DNA of 64,000 bases from Lama guanicoe (taxonomy: Eukaryota). This document shows, piece after piece, positions 1-13,215 of the stretch. The notes beneath the pieces are model-generated. The model searched no databases and was not told where the DNA came from. It worked only from the letters and a program-made list of their open reading frames with translations. The first letter of the stretch is position 1. The number at the start of each line of letters is the position of its first letter. The position numbers and the translations under genes were made by a program. Location of the stretch: assembly GCA_013239625.1 (NCBI GenBank), contig MU057352.1:29581277-29645276 (forward strand). The letters run 5' to 3'.

Positions 1-2130
1 GAAACCTCAGCAAATTTTTAAAAAATGAAATCATACAGAATGTGCCCTCTAACCGCAAAGGAATCAAACTAGAAGCCAACAGGCAAATAACAGGAAATCT
101 GAAAAAACTGAAAACAAAACAGTAAATTCTTGAATAGTGAATGGGCCAAAAAGAATGTCTCAGGAAAATAGTGTTTAAAATACACTGAACTGAATGCAAA
201 TGAAAGTACAAAATAGCAAACGTTTGTGGGACACAGGAAAACAGTGTGAAGGGGGAAATTTAGAGCAGTAAATGCTTACATTAGAAAATAGGTGAAATCT
301 GAAATTCATTGTCTAAACTCACACATCAAAATCCTAGTAAAAGGAAAACCACATGAACACAAAACCAATACAAAAAGGACATACTAAAAATAAGAGCCTG
401 GTTCAATGAAATTAGAAACAGAAAAACGATGAAATCAATTAAATAAAAGCTGGGTCTTTGAAAAGAGGAAGGAAATTGATAAACTTGTATCGAACTTACA
501 GACGGACGTAGCAAAAGAGAGAGAAGGCGCAGGTTACCAAAATCAGGTATGAAACAGGATCGATCATTACAGATTCTGCAAACATCAAAAAAGTGAGAGG
601 ACACTACAGATAACTGTACGCATAAACATTTGAAAACTCACCAGTATAGAAAAGTTCTGGGAAAAGCACAAATTATCACACTTGCCCAATGTGAAATACA
701 AAATTTAAACAGCCCAATAATTAGCAAGATTATTCAATGCATAATTTAAAAATTTCTAAGAAGGAAATCCCAAGGATCAGATGTTTTCACTGGAGAATTC
801 TACCAAATGTTTAGTGAAGGATTATCACCAATTCTACAAAAACTTTTCCAGAGAATAGAAAACAAGAGTATTGCTTAATGTAGTTTGTGAAGCTCTATTA
901 CCCTGATATCAAAACCAAATAAAGAAAGAAAAATTACAGATCAATAATGCTTATGAATATAGATGCAAAAAAATCCTTAACAAAGTATTAGGACATGGAA
1001 TCAACATGTAAAAAGAATTCTACAACGTGGGCAATGGGGTTGAGTCCACGAAGCAAGACTAATTTAATATCTGAAAATCAATAGAAGCATCACAAGATCA
1101 CATCGGTCGATGCAGAGAAAGCATCTGGCAAGATTCAACACCCATTCTCAGTAACTCTCGAAAAGTAGGAGGACTGGGAAAATTTCCTTCACTTGAGAAA
1201 GAACATGTACAGAAAGCCTCCGGATCGCACGGCACTTGAAATGAAATGGGAGTGTTAATGCTTTCCCTCCGGGAGTACAATCAAGGCAGAGATGTTTGCT
1301 CTCTCTGCCCTTATTCAGCATAATACCAGATCTAACCAGTATAATGAGCTAAGACAGGCAAATCAAAGCCAAACGGATGAGAAAGCAAGCAGTAGAACTG
1401 TTCCTGTTTGCAGATGGCATGATTATGTGCTTAGAAAATACCAAACCACGTAGACAACGACTCCCAGAGGTAAAAAGCGAATTCAGTAAGATGACAGAAT
1501 GCAGAATGGACATGCAAAAGTCAGTGTGTTTGTGCACACCAGCAGGGAACGCCTGGGCACCAAAACTAAAGAAGCAATACCATTTAAAATCATTAAGAAA
1601 TAAAATACTTTGGTGTAAACCTAAGAACGCATATTTAGGACTTGTACGGTGAAAACAGCACAGCGCTGATGAAAGAGACCAATGACGACATAAAGGAAGG
1701 GAGAAAATGTAATGTCAATGGGCTATATTATAAAAATGTAATGGAAGACACAACAGAGTACATGGTGCAATTTTCCTTAAATTAATGTATGGGTTTAACA
1801 CAAAGCCTACTGAAACTCAAGCAAAGCTGTCTGCAGATAGAGACTAGATTATTCTAAAATTGATATGGGAAGACAAATTAACCAGAATAGGATGACAGTT
1901 TTGAAAAAGGAAAACACGGTGGTGGGAACAGTCCACCAGGTTTCAAGATGTGTTCCACAGCTAGGAACCAAAGCTGTGTGGTGCTGGCGGGAGACAGACA
2001 CAGACATCAATGGCAGAGAAAAGAGAACCCAGAAACACACTCGGACAAGTATGTATAACTGGTTTTTTCAAGAGTGTAAAAAGCAACTCACATAGGGAAG
2101 AATAGTCTTTTTACCAAATGCAGAAATTGG
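1..2130 (+). mobile_element. Ancient LINE-1 (L1M-type) ORF2 fragment, decayed; runs off the left edge of the window
   Basis: A-rich sense strand with recognisable ORF2 peptides in broken frames: endonuclease C-terminus near 30-80, GFTGEFYQ-like near 780-810, and the RT catalytic motif degenerated to LFADGM..LEN in ORF 1377..1652. Many stops and frameshifts. Confidence 0.95.
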
Positions 2131-2321
2131 GACAGATACTGTGTGATCACAGCGTCTTACAGGATACGTTGCAAGAAGCCAGAACCACAGATAGACTCCC
2201 AGCTTTGGGATGACATGAAGGGGCCAAGAAAGTGCCAGCTGTAGTCAAGCCTCAGGCTAACGTTCAAAGGCAGGGCTTTGGAAGCAGGGGTGAGGTGGAG
2301 GCTCCATCAAAGAACTGCTCC

Positions 2322-2476
2322 TTTTTAAAAAAAGTTTTATTGAAGGATAGTCAGTTACCATGTGTCAGTTTCTGGTGCGCAGCACAATGTCCTAGTCAGG
2401 CATATACATACATATATTTGTTCTCATATTCTTTTTCATTAAAGGTTATTACAAGATATTGAATTACAAGATATTG
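2322..2476 (-). mobile_element. Short lineage-specific L1 3' end (camelid/cetartiodactyl type), 5'-truncated
   Basis: T-rich tail followed by gtgtcagtttctggtg..cagcacaatgtc..agtca..catatacatacatat..tattacaagatattg. Near-identical to the copies at 34535-34895 and 38030-38280. Confidence 0.9.
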
Positions 2477-4389
2477 GACGTCCTCATGACGTTTTCAGTC
2501 TAGTTGAGATGAAGACTATTGAACAAACATTGGTCTGGTACAAACACCTAGTATTCAGTTTAATCAGGTAGATGATGTGTATTTAATGTGTGACAGGCAC
2601 ATAACCAGATCCTGAACCTGAGGCCAGACCACCACGGCCCCTCAGATCTCCCCTGAGAAGGAAAATCTGAAGGGATCTCAGTAGCATTGCTCACACAAGT
2701 GAGTGTCAGTGACCTTAACAATGAGAAGCAGAGGACAGGTAAGAGCAGGACCCTGGGAAGATGGTGTCATGCCCTTTCCAGCGTGACTCTTCCTCTTCTA
2801 GTCACGTTTCTCACCTTTATCCACATTTAGAATTGCAAATTGATGCTAGAATTCACATTGACTTGAAGATTCAGTGGGGTCAAGGGTTGGGACGGGAACC
2901 TAATCTCGAGGCTCTAGGTAGCCTAACCATTTTATAGAAGTTTGGAAATAAATAATCTGACATAAAGGAGTATTTGGCATTTATATCCAGTTGAGATTTG
3001 TATTTTCTGGTGAGTCCAGGTGGAAAATTGTGTAAAATCTTAGACTTCATTGAGCAGCCAGATGCTGCATCCAAACTGAGATTTTGTGAGTCAATAAATA
3101 ATCCAGACTCATAAAGTATCTGGTGGTAATGGGAAGTACTGTCATTTCTTTAAACGGATAAGAAAACAGCTGGCCAGTTTTTCCTTTAAGAAAAAAAATG
3201 CTTTTGTATTTTTTTTTCTGAAAAAGTCAAATATCAACATATCAGCACAGCTGGTAATACCAAGCATATTACTCTTATCAGTCAAACGTCAAAACCACAG
3301 AGCTTTGCCTTTCCAGATCATTGATCTAATGGGGGTTCAGAGTGAGAGCTGGTTTCTCAGAGGGGCATTTTGAATCTTTGCAGGGTCCATCTGTCTACTG
3401 GGAACGTGGGGTTAATGTGAGTGCCTTTGAGAGGAGTCGCCATCAGAATCTCAGATGGGTGGAAGCAGTTTAACTAATCTTTTTCTTGTTTTATATTGGA
3501 TTCAGTTCTGCCTTCTTTTTCTTGAGCTCCCACTTCAGTGTCCCCAGTTCTCCCCCACGACCGTTCAGTTTATAAACACCGTCTGGGTGTGTCGCCTATA
3601 TTTTGAGTTCATGTTGGAATGGGGTTATTGTGGGTGGAAGGGCAAATAAGCTCAGTAGTAGTGTAATCATAAGAAAGTAAATAGTAAGACATTGAGATAA
3701 CAGCGGTAGGAGGAGAAGGAGGAGGAGCAGCAGCTATAACAAAACGGGAGAATGGCTATTGTACAGACGGAGCTCAGACCAAAACCCAGTATCTCTCATT
3801 TCTAGCCCCTGACTGCCCACGCTCTTCTGTGTCGTCTGGTACAAACCCCATCCCCACTTCTCTCTCCTTAGTGTCAGCACCTTCCACTGTGGAGATAGCC
3901 AGGGATTTTCACTAAATATAATGATACGTAAGTGGTATAGCAGGAATGTCTGGTCCAATCCACACTCTGCTGACCACCCTTGAGCTCACCTGCACTCTGC
4001 TGGATAATTACCAGCAAGAGGACAACGTGTCCCTCCCTGACTCGTTGGAGGGTTTGCTCTGGAAACAGAAGCTTTCCCTGCCTTGCAAGTTCAGGAAGCT
4101 GATACCGCCAGAATCATTCTCATCAAAAAGGGGGTGGGAGTCAGTGATGAATGACCTCAGTCTCTCCAGATTTTGGTAGGAAAATGCTAATGTTACTCAG
4201 AGAGACCCCTGTGGGTTTGAGTTCCAGTTGCTCAGAGTGCTAAACCTATTCACTGATGCACTCTTTTCTTTTCTTTTCTTTTTAACGTATCACATTTATG
4301 TGGGAATGTTGAATCAAGAACAAGAAAAATGCAAGTGATGAGAAGTTTTCCTAATTTTTTTCTCCCTATCTTTTTTTTTCCTCTGCCAC

Positions 4390-4552
4390 AGTCAAACTCA
4401 GGACTATTTCATACTCACGCACACTTCATTGGTTTTTCTCTTACCCTTTTCCATTTCTGCACTCCTTCCCTTGCACTTCTGGAATCACCTCCCAAACAAA
4501 CTACCTGCTTCCAAGTCCTTGTCTCAGGGTCTGCTTTAAGACAGATTAGACA
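4390..4552 (+). mobile_element. ERVL LTR 3' fragment (LTR16/LTR33-like)
   Basis: Ends in ctggaatcacctcccaaacaaactacctgcttccaagtccttgtctcagggtctgcttt, the typical LTR16/33 terminus. Confidence 0.75.
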
Positions 4553-6429
4553 GACTGATAGACAGTCGGATAATTGGCTGTAGAGAGGGGATAAGTGACA
4601 GCTTTCCATAACAGTCCCCATAAATAAAGTGTAACAGGCAGTGTTTAAATACACTGTTTGCAAGCTTGCTAGGAAATGCAATTTTTCATGAAGCTTATGG
4701 GCTCAAAACGTCGAACATAAAGACAGGTAATTACACACACTTAACTCAAGATGCTGAGATCCATGAGGACAGATCTGAGTACTGCCAGTTTATAGGCCTG
4801 GTACAGGGTCTGCCTCAGGGTGAATACGTCATTATAATGATATGGACGCATGAATGAGAGAATGAACAATAGAGTTAGATTGTTTTTTTGCTCAGAACAA
4901 ATGTGTTACTGATGTTCTCTTTCCTGGATGGAGAGTATGTGACATCGCCCATTAGGATTGAAAAATAATCGGTTCTAATAAATGGCATGCATATATATAT
5001 ATAGACGTGCACTTACCTTTCCCAGAAAACCAGGCTACCTCCAGTAATAAATTAAATGAAGAGACGTTAAAAGTCAAGAGATGACAAAAGGCAGATGTTC
5101 CAAACTCTTGGGACCGAAAAGAGTAAGAACTTCCTGGATCAACGTTGCAATAAATGAGACCTACATGCTGCCACACCAAGGGAGCCATTAAGCACCTGCT
5201 ACATCTGTTGAATAACAAAGCTATTGGTCATGAAAGAGTTGCCTAGAGGGAATTCAACTAGGAAAGATCCTCTCTGATGAACAGAAGTGTCTGTAGGCAT
5301 GACAATTCTAGCGGGATTGAAATACAGTATAAATCTCTCAGGCATGTAACACCCTGTGATGACAAAAATGTAGTTATTTATAGACGCTCATTTCCATGAA
5401 CACATGCATCTTTCACAGCCTTTGCTAGATTCCTTACACATCCTGAATGCAACTAATTATGGGATTCTGGGGTTTAAAAGTATACAGAGATAGCAAAAAA
5501 CGAAAGTATAAGGTATATGGATATGTGACAACCTTAAGAAAAGTGTAACACTGGTGACTTCGTTGGTACATCAAAACAAAAAGAAAACAAGCACCATCAC
5601 TGTTGACATATACACATGGCTTCTTCCCTCAACTTTGTCTCCTAAAGGAGAGAAGACTTTAATTTCCTGAAAGCTGTGTCCTGCTGTTGTTTCATCTGCT
5701 TATCAAGCATCTGTCTATCGGCAGGGGTACCGCTTTCTCTCCACCTGGGCTCACAGAGAGGTGTAGATGCAGGACTTTACCAGGACAACAATCATTCTGA
5801 GAAAATTACAAACTGGACCAAAAGTAAAGAGACTGACACCCAGTGATTACACACAGCCTACTGATAGGATCGCCTGACATTTCATCCCAAATGATGGATT
5901 TAAATAATGGATCAGCCAACAATCCAATGAGAAGTGACTGCTCAGATGCCATCTTTTACGTTCTAGGACATGAACCCTGTTTATAAGATGCATTATAATC
6001 GGATACAATGATGACAGTCGTGACTTGAGGCAGGAAATCCAGAGAGCCAGACCTGAAAGGTATAGAGGCAGAGAAGGAGAAATTGCGGGAAGAATTTGTG
6101 GTGAATAGAGAAAGAAATATTTTCCCTTCTGTTTTATATAAACCAGAATTCCCAGTTGCACCAGTGAATCACTGTAATTCTTGACTTTTAAAGGACTTAC
6201 TTAAGAGAAAAACACCCTACTAGGTGAGAACACTGCTTCCTTACTTCTGTGTGTGCACTACAATTTGATTTGACACAGGTAATTTTAACAGAGGGTTGTT
6301 TAGCTTTGTTAAGGAAAAACTGGGGCAGACAAAGTAACATCACTCACATGTTTAAAGGGACTGAACTTAAGTAATTCTACATAGTGTCTCTGTTTTCAGA
6401 CAGTAAGGATAATAGGAAGATAGATGCTA

Positions 6430-7265
6430 ATAAGATTTTAGAAAAATATTTCTCAGAATATTTTTGGTATAGAGATAATACCTGCCTTATAATATAAATT
6501 AAAGAATGTCTTTTTTTCTTTTTTCAAATTTATTTTTATGTCATTGAATGTTTAATACAACTTACTGTAAAATAATCTGCTGTGTTAAAATTTTCATCTT
6601 TGTATTTTATTTAAGTGAACAATTTACCTAATAACATTAATTATTTTAATTATAGTAGTATAATTTATATTTTGTACTTCTTTAGAATTCTGGTACACTA
6701 CTTAATTAGCTCTAATTTCTAATTGTTAAGTTCATTGAAATTTTCAAATTTATTGGCAGAAAGAAGAAATATTATTTCTAATATTTCTCTTTCTTTTCTA
6801 TTTCTGCTGATCTGCACTACTGCCAGGTTTTATGTTTTCTATTATGTTTATTTGTGCTCAATTATTTTTCCCTGATCAGTCTTAACAGATCTATTTCTTT
6901 AGTTTTTTAAAAAATACAACTTTTCGGGGGAGGGAAATAAAAATGTTAAAAATACAACTTTTGACTTTGTTTTCTCTTTCACATCCTGGACTTATATGAC
7001 ATTAATGTCTGCTCTTAGCTTTATTATTTTTTCCTATTTTATGTTTTATTTTGAATTTTTTCCTCCTTAAATTTTTAAATTTGAATGGCTACTCATTAAT
7101 AAAACTTAACTTCCTCTTTGCTAATACAGGTATTTAGTGTCATACATTTGGCTGCTATTTTCAGTTCGGCGACATCCTGCATGTTGTCATAGGCAAACTT
7201 TCCTCACTATTTACTTAGACACATTTTATAAACGGTTAGTATTTCTGTTTCACCCATAATTTATT
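6430..7265 (-). mobile_element. Very old L1 (L1ME-like) internal fragment
   Basis: Strongly T-rich tract with antisense ORF2-like motifs (e.g. ctgatcagtcttaacaga, tctgctcttagctttattattt). Confidence 0.65.
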
Positions 7266-7269
7266 TAGA

Positions 7270-7459
7270 TCCTTAACAGGTATATTGATATACAATACGT
7301 TGTAAATGTTTAAAAGATACAGTGTGGTGATTTGATGTGTGTACACATGCCACAATAAGACAATGAACACACACATCACACCCTAAAGCTTCTCTGTGGC
7401 CCATGATAACCCCTCTGCCTGGATAGCCACCCGTCCGTGGCAGCTATGGATGGATGACC
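7270..7459 (-). mobile_element. L1MA/L1MB-type 3' end, cut by an assembly gap
   Basis: ggtatattgatatacaata...gatttgatgtgtgtacac...ccacaataagacaatgaacacacacatcacacc matches the antisense L1MB 3' terminus pattern. Confidence 0.75.
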
Positions 7460-7592
7460 NNNNNNNNNNNNNNNNNNNNNNNNNNNNNNNNNNNNNNNNN
7501 NNNNNNNNNNNNNNNNNNNNNNNNNNNNNNNNNNNNNNNNNNNNNNNNNNNNNNNNNNNNNNNNNNNNNNNNNNNNNNNNNNNNNNNNNNNN
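7460..7592. other. Assembly gap (133 N)
   Basis: Run of N. Confidence 1.
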
Positions 7593-8600
7593 AAGCAATA
7601 TGTCTAATCTTCTGTTAATCCCATCCAGTGTAGATTTCAACCTAAATATTGTATTTTTCATCTTTGGTAGATCTGATTTAGGCATTTAATATATTTTCCA
7701 CATCTGTACTTAACATGCTCAGAATTCCTTGTACCATGGGATGTGTCAAATACAGTTATAATGACTGTTTCAGTGTCCTGATCTAATTCTATCATGTGTC
7801 ATTTCTGGGTTGGTTTCAATTGATTGATGCATCCACTCACTAAGCCTCCTCTTTTCCAGCTTTTTTCATAAGTGATAATTTTTTATTGGATGCCAGACAT
7901 TGTGAATTTTACCTTGTTGTGTGTGGGCTATTTTTTTGTACATCTACAGATATTCTTGAACTTTGTTCTGGATCTCAGCTAATTTATAACAAATATTTTT
8001 GCTATTTGCTGTTTAGCTTCATGAAGTAGGACAAAACTCCACTGAGTCTAGGGCTAATCTTGTGCCATTACTAAGACAAACTGCTTCGAAGTCCTCTCCT
8101 TGATAACCCAGGAACTAAGAGTTTTTCCAGTCTAACTGGTGGGAATAGTAAGTCTCCCCAGGATTGTCTGAGCCTGAGATTTGTTCCCTCCAATCCTTCA
8201 GCTGTTTCTTTCACTGCCCTCTGATAATTAACTCACCCACATGTTACCAGTTGAAGTCTTGAAGGAGGTCTTCTGCAGGTATCCAGAATTCTCTGTTCAG
8301 TTCTCTCCTCTCTGATACTCAGCCCTCTCTCAAACATGAAGACTGCCAGGCTCTTTGGGGTCCTCCCTCCCTCTTCTGTGGTCTGGAAACTCTCCAGGCA
8401 ACAAGCTGGGGCAGTCACAGAGCTTTATTTTCTTCCCATACTCCCATCCTTAAGTAATAACTGTCCTTCATTATCTGATGTTCAATGTTTTGAAAGTCAC
8501 AGCTCGATATATTTTCCATTTTTCAGTATACATATACCTACACATTGAGGCAGTCAGGTAAATGGATTTCCTGTTGCATCATCTTGGAGGGAAGAAGAAA
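7593..8600 (-). mobile_element. Old L1 5' region (5' UTR and ORF1 start)
   Basis: Minus-strand peptide MKNTIFRLKSTLDGINRRLDI resembles the L1 ORF1p coiled coil. The right end (ggtaaatggatttcctgttgcatcatcttggagggaag) resembles an antisense L1M 5' terminus. Confidence 0.8.
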
Positions 8601-11600
8601 TCGCAAGTTTTTCTTAGAGATCAAATCGACATGCTCCCCTGACATGGCAGACCCAGACAGCCGCAGGGTGATGGCAGAAACAGCATGACTGACAGGTTGC
8701 CTGGATCCCTGATGACGCAGCACAAGCCATTCCAGAGCCCAGCTGCGGCCGCGACGACAGAAAGTGGTGCTTCGTGATGCTTTATGTCACCCCCTCCGTG
8801 CCCGGTATTACAACACTTAGCGTTCTTTACCGACATCGATGTGTTCTCAGCTTAACATAAAATTCTCCAAAATTATTAAAATATGCAGCATTTTTATTTA
8901 CCCCTAACTGGTAATACTGGTAAAGATACCTGCTTCTTCAAACACAGTTTTGGTGCACCCATAACCCCAACTCCACTGCTCACACAACAGTGTGGCCTTT
9001 TACCCCGTCTGTGTAGAGAATCTGGAAGCCACTACTGTACTGCCTCTGGTACCCGTAGACTTTGTCAGACTTCACTGGGATTAACTCAGGAGCTGGGCAA
9101 GGCCGAAACCTCCGAGGGCATCACCACGGTGAGGGCAGCCGAACTGGGCTTGCGAAGGCAGCAACCAGCATCCAACATGGCGGGAGGACAGGTTCACCTT
9201 CCCTTCAGTACAGAGGGGCAAGCTTGCGTGGCTCCTTATCAGTGAAATAGAACTGTCCGATTTATTCTGCTGTCATTTCAGAGGAAAGGCCCCTGGCGTT
9301 GAGAATGTGAAAACCTGAAAGAGCATGCTGAATATTTTACAAAAGTTTAAAGGCGTATTTCTTTACTGGATTTACATAAAAGAAAAGGACACAGAGATCA
9401 GTCAGCACCCAAGTCTCAGCCGCTGCTGGAGAGCGGACCCCCAGCAACAGTGACTCTTCACTGACAAACACAGGTCTTATTTTTATCATTGAATTTTGCA
9501 GCCTAAAGTATGCATCCCTTCCCAGCCAGCATCACGCTTCAAAAGACAGATTTTCATGGCTGTCAGGAAAACATGCAAAGAGAAGCCAAATTTGAAATAA
9601 TTGCCACTTGCTGTCACTTTGTAAGCAGGACAAAGGAAATGACAGATTGAGGAACTGATGGGAGGAATGGACTCTGGTATTTATTTAACCATTAAGGAAA
9701 GAAAAAACAAAGCTTACATGGAAGAGAGGAAATGTTAGACTTGGCTTCCAATTGGAAAGATTAAAAATTCATCAGCTTATCATGTGCTAGGGCCATCTAA
9801 CGTTGATTGCTTCTGTAAACTATGGAGAACTCTGAACATGTATTTCCTCTATACTGTATGATCTGAGATGGGTCAAAATTATATGTTATATCAGAAAAAA
9901 AGTTCAGGTTTGTCCAAAGATTAAATTGCCTCCTCTGATTGGAAGCAAGTTCCTTATCCTTAGACATGTGAAAGTAGAGTCTGGATTATCATTTACTCCA
10001 CAAAGCAGGAGGATAAAGGCTTTAAATATCCACATCGTGATGAAAAGAAGAGATGCGAGAAAGTCCTTAAACTTATCTTCACTTACGCTTATTCTACTGT
10101 CAGAGCGAGAGGAGGAGGAGGAGAAGCAGAAAGAGAAAGAAAAAAGACAATTCAGGAAACAGTATCTTTTGGGAAGAGCAGACAACCACACGACCTGTCA
10201 ATGATCAAACTGGACACAGCCACAGACGTTGACAATAAGGCTAAAATCTGGGACACTTAGAAAAACGTTCAAACATCTGTAAACTTTAATTTTGTAGGAT
10301 GGCCTTTTGCAATCGCAACATCAAAAGCAATGAGCAGCCTTTACTCATTTAAAAAGCCACCTGAAGTATTTTGAAATGTCTATATAATAGATGATAGGAA
10401 GTGTGCCCAATAAGAATAATTGCATTTAAAGTGTGAATTTGTATTTTATCGACTTTTAATTAAAATTACTCCAAAACGATAGAGAGTGGAGAGCAATTAT
10501 TGAATGGAGGAGAAAGGAGGAGAGAAGAATGCATACGAAAGCCAGGTGCACAGAAGGAGAAAACGTCCTGATACGAAGTGCCTTCCCGAGTCTACCGCCC
10601 ACTTTGCACACACCTCGCACGTCTTCTCTGTGACGGCCGAACCGTCCGCACGCTCGCTGAGGTACGTAATTCTGCCCGAGGGTTTGCCTTCTGACACGCC
10701 TAAGAAAATGAACTAGCCTGCGATACATTGCGAGGTCATCTCATTGCAAATGGGGAAAGCTTATTTTTTTTTTTTTTTGAGAAAATGTTTATTCTTAGTG
10801 GCATCCCAGGACCTCAGGACTGAAACATCTGATCCAGTCGGGGAACAACTATCGCGCTGAAAAGCAAGGCAAAGTCTTTCTGAGCATGGCCATCGGAAAG
10901 GTAGTCGGGTGGAATTCACCCCAGTCACGTCTGAATTGCAGCCATCACCACCACCCCAGCTGTGCCCGTACATCTCAGGAAGCACCCAATTCTCCTTGAG
11001 AAAAAACTCCATTATCATCCCAAGTCAGGACACTTGGGCGGCATAAATTCAAACAATATTGAAAACATTTAGTTCAGGCTACACGATCTTGGGGAAAATC
11101 TGAACAAAATGAAACAGAACATGTACATTGGAAGAACATACTCATCACAATGTTTTCCATCACATCTTATGACTTATTTATAAACAAGGCATATTTCCTG
11201 ATGAACGTGGATGTTCGTCAGGATCAGAAATCTAGTTCTGTCAAGACTTACTACCTTCTACCACCTCAGCCCTGACTGATGCCAATACTGATCATTTTTG
11301 AGAAGCACAGAAGACTCACACAAGCAGTTAAGACTTGGGATTTATTTGAAGCACTACATTTTATTCTTGAATTTTTATGTTAGTGTCCTTTTTTTTTCTT
11401 TGACTGTACCTTGGAAGTTTCCATTTCAAGAGACACTCAAAACAGCAACTCAGCAGATGATCTAAAAATGAGATTTGACTCATCTGATATAAAATGCAGT
11501 TAATACAGACACACTTTGAGAAGCCTCCATAAAATAAGATTTTCTTTTACTCTCATTGGCTCCTTCCCACTCTGTCTTTGACATCAGGGAAGTCAGTTCT

Positions 11601-12369
11601 GCTATCATGTTTTATTACTCCAAATTTTTCAGCCTGCCACGTTTTATAGTGTTAATTATAATTCAGCTAGAGATTTATACAGTATACATGTCTCTCCCTG
11701 AAAGGCATTTCCTATCATTGTACAAATATGCATGTTGGTAAAATTGACATGGTTACTGGCAAATTAATTCTTCACTCTGCTATGGTTCGGTTTACCCTTC
11801 ATGCCTTATTAAACTATTTCCCAACTTTATAAGGAGAAGAGAAAGAGTTTGATTTGAATATGTTGGTGCCTATTATTTTAATTGAAATTTTGATTGAAAT
11901 ACAAAAGGTGAAAATCATTGTTACTATTTAAGTTGGTTACATTTTAAATTCAGAAGCAGTTTCCACACGAGAAATAAAGCAATTTTTCTAGACCTTGATT
12001 TAAAATATTCTGATATCCTAAGTATAAATGTAAATATGTACAATAAATTACAGACCAGGTGCTGCACGGACACTGACAGCATGAAAGGGGTGCGTTTCTC
12101 TTGTTCCTGTGCCGTCCCGGAGTTATTCACAAGGTGACCTGGTACAGCATGAAGGACACTGGACCTGGCACAGGACACTCCAGCTGCTGATCTCAAACGA
12201 GCCACCTGCTCTCAGCATCACTCAGAGAATTACCCTTACCTATTGTGAATCTCAGATTCCAGGAATGAAATGATGATAATGACATTTCTTCTTGATGTCT
12301 CAGAATGGCTTTGAGGAGGAGAGAAATGATTTAATGCAATATAAATACTTTCTGCAAATCAAAGCTATC

Positions 12370-12420
12370 CATGCATGCATATGTGTGTGTATGTGTGCGT
12401 GTGTGTGCGTGTGTGTGTGT
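12370..12420. repeat. Imperfect (TG)n microsatellite
   Basis: 51 bp of uninterrupted purine/pyrimidine alternation. Confidence 0.95.
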
Positions 12421-13004
12421 TTATCCCTGGATACTCACAGGAAACCGTCTGTACTTAACTGAGACAGTCAGTAAGAAGGAAAGAAAACCACGGTGGGGAC
12501 TTCATTATCTATTGAATATGTGTTTATAATACCAGACCCTCTTTATCTTCTGAGCAGAATTAAGAGAAAGAAAGAGAATGAGAAAATGGAAGGAAGGGAG
12601 GAAGGAAGGAAGGCGAAGAGGGAGGGGGAAGGAAGAAAGTGAAAACACTGAAAACTGAGAGGCTGCTTGTGGACAGACAAAACACACACGGAGGCTGCTG
12701 GGGCGAGGCCTTTCTTGAGGCAAGGACCGCAGTCTAAGCAGGAATCTGTGGGGAGGGACAGCGCAGGAGGTGCTGCAACCCGCAGTCGGGCTGTAGAAAC
12801 GTGAGCTATTTTGGAGCAGTTCAGGGCAGCCCTTTCAGAAGCAGGGCTCCGAGTGTGCAGTTTGGATGCACAAGCTGCGTTAGACGGTGACGCCAGTCAA
12901 GGACCGTAACTCCGCGGGTAGCCACCTCACAGATGCATTCATCGTGTTAGTGGTCCGCCCTCCCTTCCTGGTATCTGTGCTCCCAGCGCCCAGATCTAAG
13001 AGAC

Positions 13005-13215
13005 GAGTTAGCACAGCAGTTGGTCACTGGCGACGTACTGCTTGCGTTCGCATCCAAGCTCTGCCGCTTAGTAATTCTGCGCCCTTCCCGAGCGTCTAGT
13101 GTCTCCGTGCCTTCACGTACGCGTCTGTAAAATGGGAATAGTGCATACTTGTAACATAAGGTTCCTAAGAGAATTAAATGGAACAAGTCTGGTAAACCGG
13201 GCAGAGCAGAGAGTC
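13005..13215 (+). mobile_element. MIR SINE
   Basis: Core tctgtaaaatgggaatagt..ctt..cataaggtt...gagaattaaatg, preceded by gttcgcatccaagctctgccgcttagt. Confidence 0.8.

Noticed and set aside
1377-1652. ORF with reverse-transcriptase-like FADG motif
   Set aside because: Decayed L1 ORF2 with the catalytic DD mutated and flanking frameshifts; not a functional or novel RT system.
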